Virus record (IMG/VR): IMGVR_UViG_3300004481_000271
Location: 32,001 to 96,000 of that record
DNA: 64,000 nucleotides
DNA from: a virus
Strand: one strand, 5' to 3'
Shown: piece after piece, positions 55,719-63,557 of the stretch
Position numbering within the stretch: position 1 is the stretch's first letter
Layout of the letters: every line of letters starts with the position of its first letter
Made by a program: the position numbers and the translations under genes
Notes under the pieces: generated by a model
Databases searched by the model: none
Told to the model about the DNA's origin: nothing
What the model saw: only the letters and a program-made list of their open reading frames with translations

Positions 55719-55934
55719 CTACTCGTCGCCGGCGTCCGGGTCCTCGGACCCGTCGCCGATCCCCTCGTTCGCGAGCTCCGCCTCGAAAGCGGCGCGGCAC
55801 TCGGGGCACATGCCGTGCGTGATGACGAGCCCCGGAGTCGGCTCGCCCTCGACCCAAGACCCGCCCCGAAGGAAGCGGCCGCACCATGAACACCGCTTCT
55901 CGAGGTCGTCGTCCTGGTAGGACGGGATCGTCAT
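55719..55934 (-). CDS. small zinc-binding protein
   Basis: CSWC...THGMCPEC. Confidence 0.75.
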   Translation of the reverse strand: MTIPSYQDDDLEKRCSWCGRFLRGGSWVEGEPTPGLVITHGMCPECRAAFEAELANEGIGDGSEDPDAGDE

Positions 55935-55980
55935 CGGCCGTTCCCTCCGGCCCCCCGAAGGGGGCCCGTTGTCCTCGTCT

Positions 55981-56328
55981 CTACCGCCCCCTCGGTCCGC
56001 GGCGGATAGCGGGGACGATCCCATATCCGATGTCGCGGGCGTCGATGACGGTCGAAGCGATGTAGCCGTCGTCGAGGAGCTCGTCGAGGACGGCGTCGAA
56101 GCCGTCAACGTCGATACCCCAATGGGCGGCGACGGTCGCGAGGTAGGCTTCAGTCGGCTCGGCAGTCGCGACCGTCGTCTCGTTCAAGACGCGAGTCCGA
56201 AACCAGGCGGCCAAGTCGGCGGCCCCAGTGGAGACCCCGGCGGCCTCGAGCTCGGCGCGGCGGCGGGCGGCGGCGGCATTGTGTCGGGCTTCCTTCGTCG
56301 TCGTGGTCATCGTGTTCTCCCTTGCCAT
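55981..56328 (-). CDS. hypothetical early protein
   Basis: Starts at promoter cassette 2 (MARENTMTTT). Confidence 0.65.
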   Translation of the reverse strand: MARENTMTTTTKEARHNAAAARRRAELEAAGVSTGAADLAAWFRTRVLNETTVATAEPTEAYLATVAAHWGIDVDGFDAVLDELLDDGYIASTVIDARDIGYGIVPAIRRGPRGR

Positions 56329-56394
56329 GATTCTGTTATCACATACCCAAGGAGACCGGTCAAGAGAAAAACGACATCGGGGCGAAAAAAGATC
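56326..56394 (-). promoter_or_regulatory. sigma70-type promoter cassette 2
   Basis: TTGACC (56363-56358), 17 nt, GATAAC (56340-56335), 6 nt, ATG. Confidence 0.75.
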
Positions 56395-56611
56395 TCCCGG
56401 GCAGTCTCCCCGCCGAGGAGCTCTGCCGGAGGAGCCCGAGAAGCCCCCCCAGGACTGCCCGGAAGCTCGAGACTGGGAGGAGAGGTCGGACGGCGAGCTC
56501 GAGAAGCTCCTCGAGGCGGTGAGCACCTTGGGTGCCCCCCTGAAACGACAAAGCCCTCGAGCCGGAGCTCGAGGGCGTCGAAGACGACGGCCGGCCGGAG
56601 CCGGCCCCGGA

Positions 56612-57028
56612 CTAGAGGCTCGCCTCGAGCTTCCTCGCCTCGAGCTCGCACCGCTTCGAGCCCTCGAAGTCCCCGAGGCGGGCGAGGTCGACCGCGACCC
56701 GGCGACATTCGGCGACCCGGGGGTCGCTCTGGACGTTCGCCCGAAGGGTATCGGTGGCGAGCCGGCGGATCATCCCCGCCATCTTCGCGACGGCCTCGGG
56801 GGACGAGTCCCGGACGTGGCTCCAATCCCAGAGCATGTCGAGGACCGCCGCGGTCTTCGGCCCGCGGAGGGAGCCGAAGCCGTCCCCGAGCTCGCGGACG
56901 CGAACCTGGGTCCGCGCGGGGAGCGCGATCTCGCTCGAGTAGTGAAGGGCGGCGACGACGATCTTCCAGTCGTCGACGATCGCGAGAAGAGCGGAGGCAA
57001 CGGCCACGGTCAGCGTCGAAGCGTTCAT
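56612..57028 (-). CDS. hypothetical protein
   Basis: RBS and typical codon use. Confidence 0.6.
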   Translation of the reverse strand: MNASTLTVAVASALLAIVDDWKIVVAALHYSSEIALPARTQVRVRELGDGFGSLRGPKTAAVLDMLWDWSHVRDSSPEAVAKMAGMIRRLATDTLRANVQSDPRVAECRRVAVDLARLGDFEGSKRCELEARKLEASL

Positions 57029-57210
57029 CGGAGACTCCCTTCCTCGCGGACGGCGAGGATAACGCGGGCGGTCTGGACGGCGCCGGTGAGCTCGACCGGG
57101 GTCGAGGTCCCGCCGACCGGCCAGAGGGCGACGAGGAGCGCGAGCTTCGCGGCAACGAGGAGCCCCCTCGTCGTCGTCCGCGTCCCCGTCCCGATTTCCG
57201 TCCGCCTCAT
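57025..57210 (-). CDS. small hydrophobic protein
   Basis: Starts at promoter cassette 3, ATGA-coupled to the next gene. Confidence 0.5.
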   Translation of the reverse strand: MRRTEIGTGTRTTTRGLLVAAKLALLVALWPVGGTSTPVELTGAVQTARVILAVREEGSLR

Positions 57211-57276
57211 GCTTCTGTTATACGGACTCCCCGGAGACCGTGCAAGAGAAAAACGACACCGCCCGAAAAAAAGATC
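57208..57276 (-). promoter_or_regulatory. sigma70-type promoter cassette 3
   Basis: TTGCAC (57245-57240), 17 nt, TATAAC (57222-57217), 6 nt, ATG. Confidence 0.8.
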
Positions 57277-57308
57277 CCGACCGGGCGATCTCCCGTCGGC
57301 CCGGACGT

Positions 57309-57342
57309 CGCAATTCCCAGTGTTTTATCGGGTCAAGTCGAC
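57309..57342. repeat. 34-bp element, copy A
   Basis: CGCAATTCCCAGTGTTTTATCGGGTCAAGTCGAC, identical to 63512-63545. Confidence 0.9.
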
Positions 57343-57366
57343 TTCGAGGTAGAAAGATCTCTTCCG

Positions 57367-57811
57367 CTACCGCCGCCCCGATCGAGGCGGCCACGGGACG
57401 AAGGAGTCGGCCTTCTCGAGGACCCCCGAGGCGGCAGCGATGATGTAGGCGCGGGCGCCGGCGAAGAGGAGCCGGACGTCCCCGGCGAAGATCTCGACCC
57501 GCCCGAAGCGACCGAGGTCGAGAACCCCAGCCCAGGACCCGTCGGGGAGCCTACTCGCGACGAGGACCGCTTCGCCGGCGAAGCGGACGCGGAGCCCGTC
57601 CCGCTTCGGCGAGCCATGAAGCGAACCGACGGAGCTCCCGAGAAGGGTCGAGCCCTCGACCTTGCAGATCGGCGAGGCGGCGGAGCCGGCTCCGGACCCG
57701 TCCGACCGGCCGGCCGGAGACGCGGGAGATCTCCTCGGCGGAGACGACGAAGGTCGTCGACGTCGAGCTCGAGCCGTCGACCCGGAGGGCGACGACCGGC
57801 CCATTCGTCAC
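57367..57811 (-). pseudogene. apparently frameshifted hypothetical gene
   Basis: Coding-like codon bias switches frame near 57670. Confidence 0.4.
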
Positions 57812-58026
57812 CGTCCGCCCCAGGCTCCCAACGTCGCCATGAAGAGGAGCGTCGAAGGGTCGCAAGCTACCGCGGCGGTCCCGCGGAGCTCCGCCTCGGA
57901 GGACCTTGTCGCCTCGCAATCGAGGCAGACGGGATCGCCCCCGAAGCGGGAGGAGACGATCGCGAACGTATCGGATGAAGCCCCGCAGTCGGAGCAAAGG
58001 ACGAGACGAGACCGGTCGATCCCCAT
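57808..58026 (-). CDS. small zinc-finger protein
   Basis: CSDC...CLDC. Confidence 0.55.
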   Translation of the reverse strand: MGIDRSRLVLCSDCGASSDTFAIVSSRFGGDPVCLDCEATRSSEAELRGTAAVACDPSTLLFMATLGAWGGR

Positions 58027-58037
58027 GGTCGAACCCC

Positions 58038-58598
58038 CTAGTCCCCGGAGCCGTCGGGCCCGGGGTCGGCGTAGGTTGGAACGAGACGAGCTTCGAGAAC
58101 CCCGAGGGCGAGGAGCTTCGTGCGAAGGCAAGGTCGACACGTCTTCATGCCGGCGATCTCCTCGAGGTCGTCCGCGTTGATCGGCCCGCAAGCGGGGCAT
58201 TCCCAATGCGTCCCGATCTGGCGAGCCCCCGGCGTCCGCTCGTTCGGTGCGAATCGCTCGAGGATCGTCCGGCATTCGTCCGCGAAGGACAAGACCCCGG
58301 CGTTCTCGGCGCGGCCCCGGAGCTCCCGAAGTGCGCGGACGAGATCACGACGGGAGCGAGAGATCTCCCTCGCCACCTTCGCGATCTGGTCGCGGTCGGC
58401 GGCGAGCTCCTTCGTCCTGGCGACGGTCCGATCGTGGCGCCCCTCGAGGTCGACCGCGGAGCGAACGATCCCCTCGAGCTCGGCGACGACATCGTCGAGC
58501 CCGCATTTGCAACCCTCGCCCTCGAAGCATCGGGACTCGTGCTCGGAGTGACCTCGGAGCGCAACGACGAGCTCCGGCAGTCGACCGAGCCCGGTCAT
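58038..58598 (-). CDS. coiled-coil protein with zinc ribbon
   Basis: HxxxC..CKCGL, coiled coil, CPAC...CRPC. Confidence 0.6.
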   Translation of the reverse strand: MTGLGRLPELVVALRGHSEHESRCFEGEGCKCGLDDVVAELEGIVRSAVDLEGRHDRTVARTKELAADRDQIAKVAREISRSRRDLVRALRELRGRAENAGVLSFADECRTILERFAPNERTPGARQIGTHWECPACGPINADDLEEIAGMKTCRPCLRTKLLALGVLEARLVPTYADPGPDGSGD

Positions 58599-58798
58599 CG
58601 ACGCCAGCCCTTCTCGGTCGCAACGAGCTCGACGGCGGCGTCGGCGTCCACGGCATCGAAGCCAAGGTCGACGACGAAGAGCTCCCGGTCGAGAACGAGC
58701 TCGTCGAGGACGAAGGCCCCCCGAAAGTGCTGGACCATGGTCCGAAACTGGACCGAGTCCCTCGGGGCGTATCGTGCGACTTCCATCGCGGCACACAT
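58595..58798 (-). CDS. hypothetical protein
   Basis: GAGGAG RBS, upstream TGGTAGGAT extended -10-like motif. Confidence 0.55.
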   Translation of the reverse strand: MCAAMEVARYAPRDSVQFRTMVQHFRGAFVLDELVLDRELFVVDLGFDAVDADAAVELVATEKGWRR

Positions 58799-58832
58799 GG
58801 AGATCTCCTCGTCGCGATCCTACCACGACAGA

Positions 58833-59327
58833 TCAGGAGGATCTCCTCCGACGAGCTCGCCGGCCCCGCGGACGGGCAACCCCGAGGGTTGCAAGGGCGA
58901 GCGGGTCGAGCTCCTCCCAGCGGAAGCCGAGCTCGAGGACGGCGCGGACCTCGACCTGGCACATGGACGCGAAGACCGCGTCGGATGAGAAGGACCCGGG
59001 GGGAGGCGACGACCGAGTCGCCTCGAGGCGACGGACGGCGTCCTCGCCTTGCCAGGCGCGACGAGCCTCCGAGGCGATGTGCTCGGCGGCGTCCCGCGGG
59101 TCGTCGAAGTAGGGAAGCGGGCGAAGCTCCCCGAGAACGAGCCGGGCGTCGTAGGCGTCGCGCGGATAGACGCGGACGTGCCCCTTCCCGGAGTAGTAAG
59201 CGACAGTATGGAACCGCTCGACCGGCCACTCTTCCGCCCAGAGGATGATCACCGCGGGCGGTCGTGGGGACGGCTCGGCCGGCGGTCTCGGCGCCGGAGC
59301 TTCACGTCCTGGGGTTCGGTAGGTCAT
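58833..59327 (-). CDS. hypothetical protein
   Basis: Coupled ORF, YRTPG start. Confidence 0.55.
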   Translation of the reverse strand: MTYRTPGREAPAPRPPAEPSPRPPAVIILWAEEWPVERFHTVAYYSGKGHVRVYPRDAYDARLVLGELRPLPYFDDPRDAAEHIASEARRAWQGEDAVRRLEATRSSPPPGSFSSDAVFASMCQVEVRAVLELGFRWEELDPLALATLGVARPRGRRARRRRSS

Positions 59328-59821
59328 CGGGTCCTCCTCTCGAGACGGTCGAGCCGGAGCTCGAGGTCGTCGAGGCGACGGACGAGCCCTCGGAGGGACG
59401 CGCCCAGGGCGAAGACCTCGTCCACGGCGAGGACCGCCGTCCGGACGAGCTCGGCGAGGTGAAGGACCGAGAGCTTCTGGCTCGCGAGGCTCGAGAAGCT
59501 CCCCTCGGGGACGACTTCCTCGAGGCGGCGGACGACCTCTTCGTCGCCGAGGCGACGGGCGGCGTCACCGACGAGGACTTCCTCGACGAGCCAGGCGCCC
59601 CCGGTCGGCGGCGCCGGCCGCGGGAGCTCCCAGCCGCAAGCCCCGCAAGCGACCCCGGCCCGGACGTTCCGGCCGGCGAGGCGGTCGGTCGAGAAGGAGA
59701 GAGCCTTCCCGTCGCCGCAAGCGGGGCAGGATGGCCAGTCGACCCCGACCCCGGCCCGGCGGCCGGACTCCTCGGCGGCCTCCCAGAGGGCGAGCCAGAG
59801 CTCCGTGTTCGCGTCGGTCAC
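59324..59821 (-). CDS. zinc-ribbon protein
   Basis: CPAC...CGAC. GTG start inferred. Confidence 0.6.
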   Translation of the reverse strand: MTDANTELWLALWEAAEESGRRAGVGVDWPSCPACGDGKALSFSTDRLAGRNVRAGVACGACGWELPRPAPPTGGAWLVEEVLVGDAARRLGDEEVVRRLEEVVPEGSFSSLASQKLSVLHLAELVRTAVLAVDEVFALGASLRGLVRRLDDLELRLDRLERRTR

Positions 59822-60300
59822 GGCGGGACGCTCCCGTCGTCGTCCGGAGGCGGGAGGTCGAGGTCGTCGACCCCAAGGGAGGCGACCCGTCGCCGGAGGG
59901 CGAGAACCTCCTCGGCGAGGAGGACGGCGAGCTCGCGGGCGGGGTGAGTCCAGCTCCGCGAGAAGCGCCCGACCCCGAGGGCGCCGCGGAGGGTCCAGAA
60001 GACCTCGAGGAGCTCCTCCTCGAGCGGGGAGGGCGGGAGGAGGACGGCCGGCCAAACGTCGAGGGGGAGGAGCTCCCAGCCGTCGGAGCGGGCGGTCTCG
60101 CCCCCGCCGGCGTCGGCCGGCGTCGCCCAGGGGACGGCGTCGAGGCGGACGACCGGACGGAAGCGGTCGTCGACGTCGACGACCGTCGCCCCGGACCCCC
60201 CGACGGCCCGGGGGACCCCGAGGCGGTCGAGGGCCTCGACGCGGACGCGGACGCGGTCCCCAGCTTGCGGGACGTAGAGACGGAAGGGGTCAGCCTTCAT
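59818..60300 (-). CDS. hypothetical protein (SH3/KOW-like N-terminus)
   Basis: PQAGDRVRVRV...GATVVDV. ATG at 60300. Confidence 0.55.
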   Translation of the reverse strand: MKADPFRLYVPQAGDRVRVRVEALDRLGVPRAVGGSGATVVDVDDRFRPVVRLDAVPWATPADAGGGETARSDGWELLPLDVWPAVLLPPSPLEEELLEVFWTLRGALGVGRFSRSWTHPARELAVLLAEEVLALRRRVASLGVDDLDLPPPDDDGSVPP

Positions 60301-60613
60301 CGTCCTCGAGCTCCATCGCAACGGAGCGGTGGAGGACCTCGTCGACGGCGAGCCCGAGCTCGCGGACCTCGAGCTCCTCGCCCGGACGGAGGACGGGCGG
60401 GCGGGCGGCCTCGACCTCGCGAACGAAGTCGAAGACGGACCCCCGACCGAAGCCGTCGCCGAAGTCGAGCTCGGCGAGGACAACCCCGGAGCGTCCGCCT
60501 CGGAGGACGGCGACGACGACCCGGACCTCCTCGAGCGGGTCCGCGAGGTCGCGAACGAGCCGCTCGAGACGGCGCCGCTTCCCGGGGTCCAGGTCGACAA
60601 CCTTCCCGGTCAT
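60290..60613 (-). CDS. hypothetical protein
   Basis: Coupled ORF. Confidence 0.6.
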   Translation of the reverse strand: MTGKVVDLDPGKRRRLERLVRDLADPLEEVRVVVAVLRGGRSGVVLAELDFGDGFGRGSVFDFVREVEAARPPVLRPGEELEVRELGLAVDEVLHRSVAMELEDDEG

Positions 60614-61257
60614 AGCCCGAGCTCCTCGAAGATCCTCGCCGAGGTTGCGAGGGCGAGGGCGAGCTCGCGGATCTCCCGCGCCGCCTCGCCGAAGCTACGG
60701 GTCGCGATCTCCCGATAGACCCGCTCCCCCAGACGACGGGATGCCAGGGCGAGAGACTCCGTCCGCGCGGCGGTCGGAGTCGTAGGCGGAGGGGCGGGAG
60801 GAGGAGGAGGAGGAGGAGGAGGAGCGGGCTCCTCGGCGAAGTCGAGCTCGGCCTGGGGACCGATCGGCAGGGAAGCCGGTCGCTCGATCGCCCCCTCGAG
60901 CTTCGTCTTGACCCGAGACCCGTCGCCTCTGTTCTCGCGGCGACGCGAACGGTCGACGTGGACCCCGAGGTTCGTCGCCGTCCACTTCGCGTGAGCCTTC
61001 GGAAGTCCGGAGTCGAGCCGAGCGATCTCCCCCCGCCGAACGAGCTCGGCGAGGAGCTTCCGGATCTTCTGGTCGTGGCGCTTCGCGAGCTTCACGTCGG
61101 AGACGTAATCTTGCGCCCCCCAGGTCAACGCAAGGCGCCGGGCGACGTCCTGGGTCGTGGCGAACGCCGTCGGGTTCTCCGGCGTCCGGTCTTCGACCGA
61201 GATCTCGACGACGGCCTTCCGGAGGTCGTCGAGCTCGGTCCATCCCTTCCGAGTCAT
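60610..61257 (-). CDS. putative winged-helix DNA-binding protein with poly-Pro linker
   Basis: TTQDVARRL...IRKLLAELVRRGEI. Confidence 0.6.
   Translation of the reverse strand: MTRKGWTELDDLRKAVVEISVEDRTPENPTAFATTQDVARRLALTWGAQDYVSDVKLAKRHDQKIRKLLAELVRRGEIARLDSGLPKAHAKWTATNLGVHVDRSRRRENRGDGSRVKTKLEGAIERPASLPIGPQAELDFAEEPAPPPPPPPPPAPPPTTPTAARTESLALASRRLGERVYREIATRSFGEAAREIRELALALATSARIFEELGL
60797..60823. repeat. (GGA)9 microsatellite encoding poly-Pro
   Basis: Seen directly in the sequence. Confidence 0.85.
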
Positions 61258-61721
61258 GGGTCCTTCCCCTTTCCGTTGTCCTCGACGCGGACGAGCTCCG
61301 CCTCGAGCCAGACGGCACCGTCGACCGCCGGACCGGAATCGGCGGCGTCGAGCTCGAGGAGCGGGAGGGCCTCGCCAGCGAGAGCGAAGACGATCGTCCT
61401 CACGCCCCGACAGTCGCGGTCGAAGAGGTCGACGCGGAGCCAGCGGGAGCCGACGAGCCGCTCGGCGAGCGGCGGACGTCCGCGGACGTGCGCGGTCCGG
61501 AGCTCGAGGCGGCGGCCGTCGTAGCGGAGCCGCGCCCCGGCAACGGACGGCGGACCTCCGAGGCGGGCGATCGAGTCGGCGGCCTCGAGCCCGTCCTCGT
61601 CGTCGGCGACGGCAAGGCGGAACCTGTACCCCGGGAGGAAGTCGGCCTCGAGCCCTTCCATCGCCAGCATTCGGCGGGCGGTCTCGTCGAGGGCGCGGGC
61701 GACGTTCTCCTTCTCGGCCAC
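61254..61721 (-). CDS. hypothetical protein
   Basis: Coupled ORF. Confidence 0.6.
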   Translation of the reverse strand: MAEKENVARALDETARRMLAMEGLEADFLPGYRFRLAVADDEDGLEAADSIARLGGPPSVAGARLRYDGRRLELRTAHVRGRPPLAERLVGSRWLRVDLFDRDCRGVRTIVFALAGEALPLLELDAADSGPAVDGAVWLEAELVRVEDNGKGKDP

Positions 61722-61793
61722 GGTTTCGTTACTGCTCGCCGGCGGGGAAGACGTCGCCCTCGAGGAGGAGCCCCGAGGGCGGCGAGGCGGAAG

Positions 61794-62549
61794 CTACTTC
61801 ACGAGGGCGGCGCGGGCGATCTCGGTCTGCTTCTCGCCCTTGTAGGTCGAATGCGACTTGACGGTCCCGCGGATCCGAACCTCGTCGCCCTTCCCGATCG
61901 GGACCTCACCGTTCCCGGCGGGAGCGGTCTTCCAGAGCCCGACACCGGTCGTCTTCCAGACGATCGCGTTCCCGTCGGCGTCGCGGAACTTGTAGAGCGT
62001 GACCGTCGTCGTCCCGAAGCCCGAATAGGAGTTGATCGCCCAGGAAAAGGTCGCCTCGAGGCGGACGTCGAAGACCCTCCGCTCGCCCTCGGTCCCGACG
62101 AAGTCGGAGGCGGCGGCGCGGGAAGCACGGTCCTGGCGACGGATCTCGTCGAGCTCGGCGAAGGTGACCGGCCCGTGCCCCTGGCTCTCGCACCATGCCC
62201 GTTGACGCTCGAGGGCGGCCTCGGCCCGCTTCTCGGCGGCGGCCTGGCGACGGCCGGCGGCGAGCTCGCGACGACGCTCCGCCTTCGCGAAGTCGACGAC
62301 GGGGACGAGATCGACGAGCCCGGCAGTCTTCGCGCCGTTGCACTCGTAGCAGATCCCGCCGTCGGGGAACCAGTGACCGCGCCCCTCGCCCCCGCACCGT
62401 GGGCAGGCGAGGGAGACTGCGACGGCCGGACCGTCGACGGTCTCGCGGATCGAGACCCCGCGGTCGACGAGGTAGGCGATCGCGGCGGCGATCGTGTTCA
62501 GGGAGAGCCGCTTCGTCGTCTTCGTTCCCATCGTGTCCTCCGTCCTCAT
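61794..62549 (-). CDS. zinc-finger plus OB-fold protein
   Basis: CPRCGGEG...CYECNG; FVGTEGER...FRDADGNAIVWKT...IRGTVKSHSTYKGEKQT. Confidence 0.75.
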   Translation of the reverse strand: MRTEDTMGTKTTKRLSLNTIAAAIAYLVDRGVSIRETVDGPAVAVSLACPRCGGEGRGHWFPDGGICYECNGAKTAGLVDLVPVVDFAKAERRRELAAGRRQAAAEKRAEAALERQRAWCESQGHGPVTFAELDEIRRQDRASRAAASDFVGTEGERRVFDVRLEATFSWAINSYSGFGTTTVTLYKFRDADGNAIVWKTTGVGLWKTAPAGNGEVPIGKGDEVRIRGTVKSHSTYKGEKQTEIARAALVK

Positions 62550-62615
62550 GTCTCTGTTATACGGTCTCCCTGGGGACCGGTCAAGAGGAAAACGACATCG
62601 GGGCGAAAAAAGATC
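62547..62615 (-). promoter_or_regulatory. sigma70-type promoter cassette 4
   Basis: TTGACC (62584-62579), 17 nt, TATAAC (62561-62556), 6 nt, ATG. Confidence 0.85.
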
Positions 62616-62628
62616 GAGAGGGAGATCT

Positions 62629-62922
62629 CTAGGCGGGGACGGCGGCGAGGAGCTCGTCGGCGAGCTCGTCCCCGACGAAGAAGGCGAGCGTCCCGCGGTT
62701 CGCGTCGTTCGCGGGGAAGTGATGGACCCCGGTCACGATCCCGTTGCGGGTCGTCCGGACGTAGGCGTAGCGGCGGCCGCCGGAGCCGACGACGATCTCC
62801 GCCGTCTTCCGGAAGACGGTCTCGAAGGGAGCATAGGCGGGCGAGACCCGCTCCGTCTCGGTCTGCTCGATCACGATCCCGGTCTCGGTCCTGGTCACGG
62901 TCGCCTCGGTCGTCGTCTTCAT
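62629..62922 (-). CDS. hypothetical early protein
   Basis: GGAGGAG RBS, typical codon use. Confidence 0.7.
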   Translation of the reverse strand: MKTTTEATVTRTETGIVIEQTETERVSPAYAPFETVFRKTAEIVVGSGGRRYAYVRTTRNGIVTGVHHFPANDANRGTLAFFVGDELADELLAAVPA

Positions 62923-63003
62923 CGTCTCCTCCTCCTCGAGCCCTTCGGCCCGCGGAGACCCTCGAGGAGCTCGAGGACCTCCGCCGGCCGAAGCCGGCCC
63001 GCA

Positions 63004-63402
63004 CTAGGCGGCGACGGCCTTCGACCCGCCAGCAAGCCAAACCTGGACGAGCTTCTTCGCGTCCGCGATCGTGCGCGCCGGGGCCATGCCGTCGATCGCT
63101 TCCCAGGGCGAGAAGGACTCGGTCTTGACGTCGACGCGGTAACCCTTCCCGCGACCGGCCCGGCCGTCGATCCGGAAGGAGATCTTGCCGGCGTGCGAGC
63201 GGCCGGAGACGTCGGAGAAGGACGCGAGGACGCGCCCAACGAGGATCGCGGGCGCGACCCGCTCCCAGGAAACCGCCCGGGAGGAGCGGAAGGAGGAGGA
63301 GTTGACGACAGAGGAGAGGGTGTTGAAGACGACGGCGGCGATGATGGCGTCCATGATGACCTCCGGGCCGGCGGGGTTGGTTTCGTTTTCCGTCCGGCTC
63401 AT
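63004..63402 (-). CDS. hypothetical early protein
   Basis: Starts at promoter cassette 5 (MSRTENE). Confidence 0.6.
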   Translation of the reverse strand: MSRTENETNPAGPEVIMDAIIAAVVFNTLSSVVNSSSFRSSRAVSWERVAPAILVGRVLASFSDVSGRSHAGKISFRIDGRAGRGKGYRVDVKTESFSPWEAIDGMAPARTIADAKKLVQVWLAGGSKAVAA

Positions 63403-63468
63403 GTCTCTGTTATACGACCTCCCCGGAGACCGCGCAAGAGAAAAACGACACCGCCCGAAAAAAAGATC
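63400..63468 (-). promoter_or_regulatory. sigma70-type promoter cassette 5
   Basis: TTGCGC (63437-63432), 17 nt, TATAAC (63414-63409), 6 nt, ATG. Confidence 0.75.
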
Positions 63469-63511
63469 CCGACCGAGCGATCTCCATCCTCGAGGGCGAG
63501 GTCGCGAACGC

Positions 63512-63545
63512 CGCAATTCCCAGTGTTTTATCGGGTCAAGTCGAC
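63512..63545. repeat. 34-bp element, copy B
   Basis: Identical to 57309-57342. Confidence 0.9.
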
Positions 63546-63557
63546 GTCAGGCGGAGG

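Noticed and set aside
55623-63468. CRISPR array or integron attC interpretation of the repeated cassette
   Set aside because: Spacing is irregular (0.7-5 kb), the repeats carry clear -35/-10 boxes, and no cas gene or tyrosine integrase is present.
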